DNA of 62,857 nucleotides, the filler included, from Sphacelaria rigidula (taxonomy: Eukaryota), in assembly GCA_964200075.2 (NCBI GenBank). It is 11 parts of 11 records of this genome, joined end to end, with 100 filler letters (N's around TTAATTAATTAA, not from the genome) between each part and the next. Parts side by side here need not be neighbours in the genome. Positions count along the whole stretch, not along the records: positions 5,725 to 11,348 come from CAXNAA020025768.1; positions 11,449 to 17,072 come from CAXNAA020025769.1; positions 17,173 to 22,796 come from CAXNAA020025770.1; positions 22,897 to 28,520 come from CAXNAA020025771.1; 7 more parts are not named here. One strand, 5' to 3'. Under the pieces are notes generated by a model. It was not told the DNA's origin. It was given only the letters and a program-made list of their open reading frames with translations, and did not search any database. Below, in pieces: positions 11,048 to 22,947 of the stretch (its first letter is position 1; each line of letters starts with the position of its first letter). Made by a program: the position numbers and the translations under genes.

Positions 11048-12370
11048 TGTCAGGTAGGGTGGGTCATCCATTGAACCAGCATCGTTTTCGCGTAGGAAAT
11101 GATGGAGCTCAAAATAACTGCTGATCCTGGTGGTTAGGGGGTCAAGCAGGTCGTACTTGAATGAAATACCCCTTTCGTCAGATGCGTGCCCTACCAACTC
11201 AGTCCCGGATATACGCTCCACCAATAATGCACACAACCTGACACACGCCACCGTAGGGCATCTTTTCTGACTGCGTTTGGTAAAAACAGCCAATCATCTA
11301 TGTTGAGGATGGTGCTTTTGATTGAGGATGAGAACCCGGAGGATTAAANNNNNNNNNNNNNNNNNNNNNNNNNNNNNNNNNNNNNNNNNNNNTTAATTAA
11401 TTAANNNNNNNNNNNNNNNNNNNNNNNNNNNNNNNNNNNNNNNNNNNNCCCGTCCCCAAAGGGCTGCGTGGTCAATGGTCAAATGACTAAGGCAAGCAAC
11501 AAATGAGCCCGCCCCCCCCCCCTCCCCCCCCGCCCCCCGGGTAAACGCAACGCAGAAAACCATGGAATGAAAACCGTGGTTTCGGAAGTCAAAGGTCGCC
11601 CTTCATACATCCTCCGAGTGCTGTTTCTTGTTGTTGCATGTTGCCGTTGCTCATGCCAGGCACACGAAGCAATAGCCTCGGTCTCCTGATCGATGTAACG
11701 GATGGTATATTGGCCCGACGAAAACAGCCTCCGAACACGGCTGGGCACGTACTTCTACAATCCCCTCCCGTGCATAGCAGAGTGTACTATAACACCGGCG
11801 CACGGTATATCGATGTATCTACGGCGACTTGTATACCACCCCCCCCCCTCCAGGTAAAGACCTCGGGCCATAAACTTTCAGGACACAAACAAAATATTGC
11901 CCGACAACGCCCCGCTGGCCTAACTCGCACATCTCAAGCCGCTTGGGGCGCAAGGCTGAGGGTTTGAATCATGATCCAATTCGTGTCACCGTTGAAGGCG
12001 TGAAGACACGTACAGCGATGAAGGTTCACCTGATGGAGAGTCGACGCCGTGCAGAGTCATGATCCAATTCGCGATAACAAAATCTCAGACACGCACTAGG
12101 AGAGAGACACAGATGAGTTCAAATCCTGAGACTCCGGACCCGTCTCCAGGAAGGAAGGGGGTCAAAGGGATGACTAGAAAAAAAACGATGTGGGTCAAAA
12201 GTATGGCTTGAAAACAAAATCGGGTACTGCCTCTCAAAAGGGTCAACATCTTTTCCCTATATCTACGGTAGATGCAAGTCCTGCGCATGGCTATTTTTTG
12301 CTTCCCTGCCGCGTCGGGTATTTCCCCCGCAATCTATCTCCACCAGTTATATTTCCCGTATGTCAAGGTA

Positions 12371-12903
12371 CTTCCTCTGTCCCATAAGTAAAGGTACCCA
12401 AATTTGTACGGACCCTTAACGATGTCCGACGTTTTTTTTTACTTATGAACTCTTCGATGTTATTTGGGTTTTAAGAAAACGTGTTTAAAATTCGCAGCTC
12501 GTCCTTCAACTATGCCGCCGAGCGGCTGCAAAAAAAGTAGTCGGCCCAAAAATGGCCGTTCTTTGCCCCTTTCCGAGGGGAAAAATAAGATTTTTTTCTT
12601 TGAACTTTTTTTAATCGCGTGGGACTTCCTGGCAGCAAGCCCCAGTGAAGGCGGGGGCGATTAATAATAATAATAAAAATCGACACTTTTTTACCCTCGG
12701 AAAGGGGCAAAAAACAGCCATTTTCGGGCCGACTACTTTTTTTGCAGCCGTTCGGCGGCCTTGTTCAAGCACGAGCTGCAAATTTCAAGCACATTTTTCA
12801 ACCCAAAATACACCGTAGAGTTCATAGAAAACAAAACAAAACGGTCGGACATCGTTAAGAACCCGTACAAATTTAGGTACCTTTACTTCTGGGACAGAGG
12901 AAG
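12371..12903. mobile_element. Tc1/mariner-type (Stowaway-like) MITE, 533 bp, TA TSD, ~230-bp inverted arms
   Basis: TA|CTTCCTCTGTCCCA ... TGGGACAGAGGAAG|TA; the arms stay complementary through GGCTGCAAAAAAAGTAGTCGGCCC and TTTGCCCCTTTCCGAGGG. Confidence 0.9.
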
Positions 12904-14420
12904 TATCATGTTCGATCCGTGGACTCTCAAGAGTAACTCTATAATTATTTTTCTGTTTTCGCCGCACTTCCAACCCCTCCCTACCCCTTCTCAGGGTGAG
13001 TCTGGAAGTGTCGTCGTTTCGTCCCAAGGGATCAACCCACCATCTCTCCCCGGCGTGTCTAAAAAAGTGGCGATACCAGACGACGAAGCAACTCGTTGGA
13101 GGCTGTCATCCATGTGCAAGATAATCAGTACGCTTCGGGCCGAACAATCTTAGCAGGAACGTTCCAATGCATGGGAACATGAGGGATTCGGGAGCATAGC
13201 TGTCGCAAATTAGGTCATGTTTTTTGCGATACTTCTTTCACACTCTGCGCGTTTTTCGTACTCACGCACAGGACTAATGCCAAAAGCTCCTGTTGAAGCA
13301 TATCGTCGTTTTTCTTCGGATTTGGCCGCGGAACAGTAGTCCACACCGCAGCGTAGGTGGCAACGCAACGCAGTACGAGCAAAGCGATGGGACATGTACT
13401 CTGCGACGCGCATCGTTCAAGATTGCCATCGACTGGCTGACTCAATGATGAATTACAGTGGACATGGCGTAATTTTGCCGCAGACAGCATGGTTACGATA
13501 GAACAGACAGGCGCACTCGAGTGAAGCAAAGGTGAACACTAGCTCGAGCGACCACAAGGAGGGAGAAGGCACAAGGTACGAAAACGACACGACATGGAAC
13601 GACCTGACTTTCAACCTCAGGCACGACGGATCCACGGGAAACCCTTGGCCACCTTTTGTTAGGTTCGAAACAGAAGGCCGTACACTAAGCCTAGCCGTGG
13701 ACAAGGTTCCGATTCAGGTATCCGGAAACCTGATCAACCTTTACGAAGAAACTCTCCATCACCGAATCTGGGCCAAAAACAGTAATGCATAATCCACTCC
13801 CGCAGCGTCCTTGTCTTGGTTTTTGAATGGATGCATGCATGTGCTTTGTGCGTACAGCATCCTTCACCTGAAAACAATGCTAGAGGGGCCAGTAGTTTTC
13901 TAGTTGAATTTTCGGGATTTATGTTTCTGTGAATCGGCATCATTTTCAGCCATTTTCACGTCAAGATGATGCCGACTCAGAAGGATTCACAAAACAAAAA
14001 TCAGCACTTAAATTTCCAAAGGGTAATTTTTTCGTGATAGATTTGTTTGGATTCGAGACCGTTTTTTCTTCCTTTTTTCTACTTCTTCCTATAGTACAAC
14101 CGTTTTTTTGTTTGTTCCTTCCTTCCTTTTTCTGCTTGGTTTTATTTTGCGTCTGTGTTTGTGTGTGTTTCTGTTCTTGTCATTTGCTGTTCAGTTCTCT
14201 CCGTTGTTCTATCATTTTGATTTTTCACGTTTCTTCAGCAGCGAGCGCCTCCGTTTTTTTTTCTTGGGAACAACTATTTTGTGGGTAATGACCACGGCTG
14301 GATCATGACCGCGGGGAGCAGCTAATGTGTGACGACCAATCACTCTAATCAATACGACCAGTGTAAAAAAATAAAAATCATAGAGAGCAGAAACGCCATG
14401 TGGCACAACAAAAAGCTCAC

Positions 14421-16695
14421 CTGCTCAGATAGAACTGACGCCGACTCTTCGCTGTCCGCACGGACCCTCACAACAGTATCATATCCGGCGGTGGCCCCCG
14501 ACTGTGTCATGTATTCACCGCGGGTGTAAGACTCGACGACTATCGGAGGTAGCCCCGACTTGTCCACGCCGAACTGCAAATAGCGCGTGCCAGCGCCGCT
14601 CAAGCCCCACAATTGGCCGGTGGACACGTTGGTGGAGCAGTCCAGCTTGCACCACTCATCGTAAGCCGCACGGAGGCCAGTTACCTGCACACGGCCGACA
14701 TGTATACAACGGGATATGTTGCCATGGTTCCGCAAGGGGTAGGTACGGGGTGACATACTGAGCGACGGGCGGATGGGGCGATACAGTAATGCACAGACGT
14801 GCCGTCAGGTTCCAGCGCAGCGCTTGAGGGCGATGAGCACTGCCTCATGAAGGCACACCCACATCCACGGGTGTCGCTCGCATGGGGGCAGGCCACAAGA
14901 AAAAACCATCGAGTAGAGACGGGTTACACATAACCGTGGGAGAAACCGGCCACGCACACAGCGCGACATGTTGCCATGTCAAGCGAAGAGAAAAGTGACT
15001 TACCGGCTACAATACTAGCTAGGGTACAGCAACACAGCCCCACGACACGAGACGTACTCGTAGGGTTAGGGATAGGGTCAAGGTTAGGCTTGGGATCAGG
15101 GTTAGGGTCAGGCAGGCACCAATATCATCGCACCAAAGCGTCACTGGTTATTGACGCTTTCGAAATATCATCGATATCCTGAAGCGGCCTGGCTTCAACT
15201 TAGCGCGCGCCAGGTCCACAATCTAACAAATCACAAGGTGAGCAAGCACGAACGGCTGGACAAAGCGCGCGTCTATCAATAGTGTCCAGGATCTCACGGT
15301 TAGGACGACTCAACTCGTGATTCAACTCATATTCATCATTTCAACGAATGAATCATACTATTCGTACATCATTTGTAATTCATACAGCTTCTGAGCTCGT
15401 GCATCGTGCAGAATATCCCGAAGGTACCCGGTTCCTACCTTTCACGAATACCGGGGTAAATAATGGGCACATGGTCAACCTCGCACTGCAAATTTGGATG
15501 CATCGATTGTACATGTCACGCACTTCTCACCACCATGAGTCGGGAACGTCATATACAACTTGCTTGACCAACTCGTTCGAGGTGAGCGCCTGTACATTTT
15601 TCCCACCTTCGGGCTAATGCGGGACCAACAAGTTGTACAGGTTGAATCTTCACTTCCGATGGGCATCAGCGGGACCAACGGCTTATACAGCATGACTGCT
15701 TGCGCATCATGAGGAGTTGACTTGTATGAATTCTGATTCGCCCTAACCGTGCAGGGTTTTCACACGAGAAACAAAATACGCACCACAGAGTCCCGCAAAG
15801 CCTGGTCCGTTGCGCCCACGATGATGGACGCCGCAGGCCAGTCCACCGATATCCAAACTCTAGCCTCGTCAACCGCGCCAACTGATCCCTTGGCGGCTTC
15901 CTGAATGGCTGAAAGGTTCTTCGTGAACGCGATCGCGCGCAACGCGGCCCGAGACATGAAGATCTGTGGGAAATCGCGGCCGTGGAGTTGACGGTGAGCG
16001 CTGACTTGGTTTAGCTAACTCAATCAGATAAACGAGCCAACGGACGGCGAGAACCATGCAATAACCTCCGGTGGACTAGCATTCCGCTTTCAGTCACTTG
16101 AAGCTACGTGTACGCCCTAGACTTAGCTAACGTACCGTGCGGTGTGTTGTTCGCCGTCTTTCCCTCTCATGGGGATCACGAGCGCAACCTGAGAGTCGTC
16201 CCGCTACGATAGCCCGACATGATTGACTGCCTATCAACACTCTCTGCACGACGTCATGGTGATTTTCAACACGTCTAACCTAGGATGAACCGACAGCGGT
16301 TGCAACTCTGGCACACCGCATCCGCATGTAGGGGGCTAGTACGGCCAGCAAGGGTAGCACTTTCAGTCCATAAAGCACTGGTCACTCGCTGTACCTACCT
16401 CTCCCGGCAGCAATCTGCTCTCGCCCATGTTCTTGCGCCTCTCTGCCTGCACGGAGGCCTCGGTGTCCGCTGATAAGCCGTTGCTCAGAGCTTTCTTGGC
16501 ATCCTTAATCGCCCAGATAGGTCCCCAAATGACCACGGAACCTTCCACAAGAGGGCTGAGCGCTTCGTAGCGGAGGTGCGCGCTGGCCTCGTCGATCACT
16601 CTGCTCGAGCATCCATGAATGAAAAGCGTTTCTCTGGTCCTACGAGCGTCGATAGGGCCATGGCCCTTCGTTTGCTTGAAGAGCGCCAGCCCGTA
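14421..16695 (-). CDS. Multi-exon protein of unknown function (possible KH-like repeats and a Cys-rich RING-like segment); exons 16695-16399, 15963-15784, 15732-15607, ~14880-14759, 14684-14421
   Basis: Open exons with AG/GT sites, four of them whole-codon length; motifs SVVIWGPIWAIKDAKKAL and CTTC...GCGCAF.RQC. The phase between 15607 and 14880 is unresolved. Confidence 0.6.
15060..15112 (+). repeat. Degenerate interstitial telomere-like (TTAGGG)n tract
   Basis: TAGGGTTAGGGATAGGGTCAAGGTTAGGCTTGGGATCAGGGTTAGGGTCAGG. Confidence 0.65.
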
Positions 16696-17465
16696 CTGTG
16701 ACAGATGGAAGTGATGCAACACCCCGAGTGGCGGGTATACGCATGACAAAACAGTCATCCGCGGAGACGAGAGACGCGCGGAAAAATGAGCGGATAGAGA
16801 GAGCTGTGGTTTTGTTCCCTACCTGCAACATGCTACCATTGTAACGTACGTGATGTTCTCCAAACCTAGGCACTTAGGAACACAATACTATTGAGCAATG
16901 CTATGGTAGGAGTTGATTTTCTTAATCGAAAACGCTTCTCGGGGCTGCTCGGGGTGTTTGGCGGGTCATGCTGAGAATCAGCATCATTTTGAATTTTTAT
17001 TCTTGTCTTGGTACACCTGGTATGCTTGTGCTTATGGCTGTCCCTCGAGAGGCCGCAAGATGAAACGTTGTGNNNNNNNNNNNNNNNNNNNNNNNNNNNN
17101 NNNNNNNNNNNNNNNNTTAATTAATTAANNNNNNNNNNNNNNNNNNNNNNNNNNNNNNNNNNNNNNNNNNNNAAGATTTTAATCCTCCGGGTTCTCATCC
17201 TCAATCAAAAGCACCATCCTCAACATAGATGATTGGCTGTTTTAAGAGACGATGCTTACAAAGAGACACCGGTCCCAAATTCTCGGAACGCATGTGCCGT
17301 GCAGACGCCAGCACAGCGATACGTTGCCAATCGGGCATGAACACCCATTGGTAACACCACCCAGGCTACTTTCGTGGTTCAATGGTTCGAGAAAATACTA
17401 TAGCGGATCGGCCCTACTGCAAATGGAGTTTTGACTGTACCATGGTACGGCCCTCCCCATTGTAG

Positions 17466-17570
17466 GTCAGAGTCCCCAGCTATGACGCGGTGCAGCAGGC
17501 GGCCGGGTGGAACGAGAGCAGAGATGTTAATCCACTTTTCCGTGCTGTACATGCATTTGCATTTGTGGAG
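17466..17570 (+). CDS. Probable internal exon of an unidentified gene (next candidate exon starts 17723)
   Basis: TAG|35 open codons (VRVPSY...AFAFVE)|GTAATG; no recognisable domain. Confidence 0.35.
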
Positions 17571-17919
17571 GTAATGAAACGAAGGGAGGTTTGTACACGT
17601 CAAAACCAGAACCCGTCGTTCAGGCTTCCTCGTAACTTGAGGAGCGGCAGAAGGTGTGCGGGGGACGGAGTGGTGCTCATTTTCATTTCACTATTCTCGT
17701 CACCACTCTTTCTATGCTGCAGGGAAGGAGGGGGTGTCACTGGAGCCCCAGAGTTCGTGTCAAGTCCGAAGACGATTTTGATTCACGTGGTCAAGAGTCT
17801 TTCTCTGGACTCGAAGTAGGAACATCGTTTTGGACAGATGGAACCGGAATTGACCGCAAGTCAAGGACATCGATTCGACGGGGACAAGTGGGAGGAAGGA
17901 AGACACATGCTCATCTGCG

Positions 17920-19229
17920 TAGTTGGCGGGAGACGACAAGCCTTAGGCATTTGCTCCGTAAGCGCGCTTAAGGTTTTGCTTCATTTGGGGTTTCCGGGCT
18001 TGAATAAGCTTTTTTTCGAAAAACTTGAAGAGAGCTTGAAAAGCTTGAAAAGCTTAAAATGTGCTCGAGACGCGCATAAAATTGCGATATTCATCCGTGC
18101 ACCTCCTGCAGCCAGTGTATCAGCTGCTTGAAAGTGCTCCCTACGGCCTATGGCGGGACTCTTCACTCGTTACTCGTCACTAGACAGGCTTCAATAATCA
18201 ATACTCCACACTGCCATAGTTGCGGGTCTGATCCGAAAAACGTTTCCGTTTGTGTTTTATATGTTTGATATTATGTTAGATAGAAAAATGTAATCAGTAT
18301 TTTGTACAATAGTTGTGCCATAGGGCCCATTGTACATTGTGCAGCGTGCAGCCTACAGCGTTAGCTCATATACTTCGTGTATATCAAGCATCGTACAGGC
18401 TACACCGGGGAGGAGGGCCGTCAGCTTGCTGTTTTCGCCTTTTTCGCGTGACCCCTGAGGTCATGGCTGGGCTTTTGTCCGAGAAGGATGAGTTTTTGGT
18501 TGCGGCCTCGGGCGCGCACTCAAATTACGGTTTGCTGTCGTTTTGGGACGATAACGAAAAAATACTTCCCACTTGGTATCTCGTGGCGATGGATATCGTA
18601 CTTATTCAGCCACCGTCCGCGTTCATGGAGCGAGTCTTTTTGGTTTTTAGGGGGTGTTTGCATTCCCGCCTGGAGAGGGCGTTAGGTGACCGGATCGAAG
18701 CCGCGGCCATGCTCAAGTACAATCGGAGCCGGAAGTTTGACACGATTTCAAATGTCGACTGATGGTAGATGATGGGGGGGTCGGGAGCGATTGCTTGTAG
18801 CTTGAAGCTTGCCGGGCGAGAGGCCAAAGGCTGCAAAACCCTGTGTCCAGAGGCTGCAATGACTCACTGCTGCATCGTGTATCATGAGTGTACGTAGTGC
18901 GTACACGTTGTTTCGACAGGTGGTTTGGGGTGGCATTCAAACTCAATGATGGGAGAAAAGCCCCGTTTTTCAATCAAAAACATCTTTTGAAAACTTCGAA
19001 TACCCAAATTGTCGTCTTCTCCTTATGCTAGAAGGCGCGCCTGGTGAGGGGATGCTGCCACAACGCCACAACAAGGACGCGAAGGGGGCGCATAAAGTAC
19101 CCATATTTTCGCTGAAAAAAGCTTAAAGTGGGGCATAAAACAAGGGGGGAGAGCTTATAAAAAACAAAAAGGAGCTTAGTCTTTTTTAAAAACGGGCTTA
19201 CGGAGCTAATGCCTAACAAGCCCACACTA
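17920..19229 (+). mobile_element. Internally deleted hAT DNA transposon with a C-terminal dimerisation-domain remnant (~18430-18762)
   Basis: ORF reads FWDDNEKILPTWYLVAMDIVLIQPPSAFMERVF...RIEAAAMLKYN (hATC pattern); inverted ends TTAGGCATT.GCTCCGTAAGC.CG; AAGCTT subterminal arrays at both ends. Confidence 0.8.
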
Positions 19230-20959
19230 CACATGAAGAAATGGTCGAAAACAACGACATTAGGCAATCGTATATTCATAAAGTCGGGCGCTGCAGTTGC
19301 TCGAAGAGTATTACCATACGTTTAGTCCTGAGCATTGCCTCGATAGGCTATACCAACGCCTATCCCAAACAGAGTTTTCGCAGTTTGGTTACACCATTCA
19401 CGTGTTCGGGGGCATCGACATGTGTCTCACTACTCGAAAACATCCGATTACACACCCCAGTGAGCGTATCAGCGAAGGGGACGCCTAGATGCTGTTCTCG
19501 GCTGGGGAGCTGTGATTCGTTCTCACCAGTTGATTGCAGCTCGAAAATTCAACATGTTCACCAAACAACTTCATTCCTTTGAGAAAGCCTTCGCGCGCTC
19601 TTCTCTGTCGCAAAGGAATGCACAGTTCAGGAGCTTGCTTAGTTGGCTTGAGATCGGCATCCTGAGCTAGTTCGGGATATATGTCGCCTGCTGCTCCTTT
19701 TCAGGTGAGGTGATGATTCGAGATACTACAGACGGGGTTTCGCAAGTTGCGGATGACTTCTTTCTTGACGATGAGCGAAGCCGCACATGACGGCCGAAGA
19801 GTGCATTCGCATCTTCTGTTCTCAAAGAAATGTTCACGCTCTGTCTGCCTAGACAAGACGGCTGCTTCAAAAGTAGCTGTTCTGTGCTGTACGTTACTGT
19901 AGTATGCACGCACAATATGCTTGGCGTATTTTTCCTGGATACTCATAACTACGTGACCTACCAGACCTGCCCTTAATGATTTCTATTCACTGGGTGTTAG
20001 CTGAACACACAACCCGATGTACGGTACCTGTGATAAAGCCAAGGGAGTCGAGTGGAGTGAGTAGAGATCCGGAATATGTACGCACATTAGTCTTCGCTCC
20101 ACGTCAATGCATCGGATTTCGTGTTATTTTGTTCACAATGAGTAGAGAAATATAACCGATCATTTTTTTTATCACGAATTGGTGTCAACGGCAGACATCC
20201 GCTACATGTACTAAAGTGTGTTGAGACTACGCTGGTGGGTTACAGTGCCATGGTTTGTGTGATCTGTATACATGTAGCCAGTTATATTTCATGACGACTT
20301 GCTGTATTTGCCGTGCACCTCCACGAATGACTGTGGGTGACACATTCTGGGAGCACAGCTTTGCGCTACGGCGAATCACATGTTGTTTCGAGGGGTTGGC
20401 GGCATAGAGCTGATATAGACATATCTCGTGTTGGGCCCCGCATCATTTTTCGATCCCAAAGCTCGTTGCCACTCGACGATGTCACTGCGGCCATATAGAC
20501 CAGTCACTTGTGTCTCTATGCCCTCGCTATTTCCTAGACTCCTCCTTCACCGCGACAGAGGTAGGTGCAGCGCCAAAAATGTAAGCGTGTGATACAGGTG
20601 GCGAAATTAGTCCAGAAACTTTAATTTAGGGCGAGGTTCGTTCTTTTTTCTTATCGTCGAGCCAAGCATATTCCTTCAAGCCGAATTCTTACTTTCCGCA
20701 CACGTGCAGTGGTGCTTTTCTTAGAGACCAACTTCTTTTTTCCCGGACTCTTAGAAAATGATGGACTTCTTGAAAGCAAACGTATTTTTTCGCAAACGGA
20801 TGCATACTAAAGCATAGCGAGACATTGCGTTTTGCTGCAGTGTTGCTTGGACATCATCTGTAGGTCAGCTTCCGATCATGTACACTGCAGTGTATTGAAT
20901 ATTGTACAGCCATTGTAGTTCTATACAAGAGTACGTACTGAGACAATCTTCTATGTATG

Positions 20960-21410
20960 GCAACCAATCTCGATGTGTACAAATATGAGGACAACAGCCC
21001 GTCTGCAGGTGATGTTCCCCCGTGGATTGATTTTTCGGACCCCAGTACATTGGGCACTGTTTTTCGGCTAGCTGGCAAGCCAATCCTTCGATTCTCTGGT
21101 TGATTCTACTTGGTATATCGCCTTTGTGCTGAAATCAGGACACTCTCGCATCTCTCCCGATTGAAAAAATACAGGGGGACATGATGGGGAGATGAGGGAA
21201 AGTTTCATTTTGAGCAGAAAGGTGATGTATCCAGCGTGAACATCCAGGGAATCGCAGAACTTATTTAGTTTGTTCACAGCTATACAAAAAGAGCCAAAAA
21301 ACGTTGCCCAACGGACTGGGGTTTGAAAAATCAACCCACGTGAGAAAATCGCCTGTAGACTGGCTGAAACCAACACCTACTGTACTTGTACAAATCGAGA
21401 TTGTTGGTTG
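20960..21410. mobile_element. Degenerate MITE with ~110-bp inverted arms
   Basis: CAATCTCGAT.TGTACAA and CGTGG.TTGATTTTTC..ACCCCAGT..TTGGGCA occur in opposite orientations at the two ends. Confidence 0.65.
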
Positions 21411-21873
21411 TCGGAAAAGTGGCCTGACTGTTGTACCATCTCCTCTTGAGGGGGGGGGGGGGGGGGTCAGGGGGGGGGGGGGCATCCTTGGGTGGAGGGG
21501 GTGGTGGGTGTGGGACAGGTTTCGGGGTTTACAAGGCGGCAGGGNNNNNNNNNNGAGCTAGAGGCGGGGGGCGGGTCGGGGCCCGCTGCTGGGGGGGGGG
21601 GGGGGGGGGGGGGGGCGCGGCGGGGTGGGGCATCCTTGCGTCGAGAGGCTGATGGGTCTGGAACCAGTTTCGTGTTTTACAAGGCTGCAGGGTCGATGGC
21701 AGATTTCTTATTCGCCGAGCCTCTTGCATCTCTCAATTACTTATCCTTATTTTCGCCTTGCTCTGAGCACAATTTTCTTGTACCAATCCTCTAATTCCGG
21801 AAAATCTCAGCCTCGATTTCTCAACTGGTGGTTCTTAAGTGAAGTCGCCACCTGTACAGCACACCGAAAGATA

Positions 21874-21986
21874 TATAAAGGGTCTTGCTATTTACGTCAG
21901 CGTTGACGCACTGTGTTACATCCGCCAACGTTGACGTAATGTGTTACATCCGCCAACGTTGACGTAAATAGCAAGACCCGTCTATA
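21874..21986. mobile_element. Tiny palindromic MITE with an internal 28-bp tandem duplication
   Basis: GGGTCTTGCTATTTACGTCA / TGACGTAAATAGCAAGACCC flanked by TATA; TGTGTTACATCCGCCAACGTTGACGTAA present twice. Confidence 0.8.
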
Positions 21987-22564
21987 AATGGCCGTCGTAC
22001 GGTGCAAAAGACTATTACCATCTTTATTTCGCCCGTTCTATGATCTTCTACAATAGTTTCCCGGTCATCTGCTGGATTTGTACCATGCACCAGACAAGGG
22101 ACGGTTGTGATAGCCGTAGTGTTTGAACACTGCGAAATTTTAACTCGTCGGCATCTGCAAAACAGCTTGTTTCAAGAGCCATCTTGACATCCGTCATCCT
22201 GTATCAAAACACATCCTGGACAAAAACTTACGTCAAGTAGCAAAAGTATACTGCGTATCGTGTCGATCTCGTGTCAATACAGAATGTTGTCCATTGGGAT
22301 ATGCAAGAGATTCGATGCCGTACGCAGTACGCCTTTTGGCTGTGTTGGTTTTGTCCAGCGTGTGTATGCCATGAAGCCGGTCGGCTGACTTGGCGAAGGT
22401 AGTGAAATTCCATCGAACGACCCCGAGACGTTTTCCCATTACCTGTAGATGACTGATTTTCAATCGGGTGACACCCAAGAAGTACATGATTTTTTGAAAC
22501 ACTTATTTCACGACATACTTGTGGGATTTTTTCTCACACCATGCCCAACAGTGGGGAGCGACTG

Positions 22565-22796
22565 CGTCGTGGGTACACAAAATTCGACTTAACGGTCAAC
22601 GAGGGAAAGGGTCTGCTGAACCCCTCTCGCGATGAAAGAAAAAGGTAAGCACCGCAGAAGGAACGTGGAGGGTACTAAAAACAAATGAAAAACAAAAGCT
22701 CCGGTGTTGACCTTCCTCCTGTGTGACCCCGGCTGGTGCGCCCACATATACCGGAAGGTGTAGACCGGCGTCCAGAATAGGTGGGACGGCAACACA
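22565..22796 (-). repeat. Dispersed repeat; second copy in opposite orientation at ~27085-27310
   Basis: CCTGTGTGACCCCGGCTG.TGCGCCCAC, CTGAACCCC and GGGTACACAAAA are shared in reverse complement. Confidence 0.8.
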
Positions 22797-22947
22797 NNNN
22801 NNNNNNNNNNNNNNNNNNNNNNNNNNNNNNNNNNNNNNNNTTAATTAATTAANNNNNNNNNNNNNNNNNNNNNNNNNNNNNNNNNNNNNNNNNNNNCCCC
22901 CCCCCCCCCCCCCCCCCCCCCGCCGGAGTCGAAACCATTCCACTCAC

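Noticed and set aside
13511..13717. Exon-like + strand ORF (AHSSEAK...VPIQ)
   Set aside because: Strand is ambiguous because the contig's main gene is on the minus strand; no homology signal.
21445..21695. Apparent diverged duplication and Gly-rich ORFs around poly-G with an N10 gap (similar at 25115-25290 and 53895-54090)
   Set aside because: The copy before the gap looks like a G-substituted misread of the copy after it, typical of sequencing error after G-runs; the poly-Gly/Pro ORFs are artefacts.
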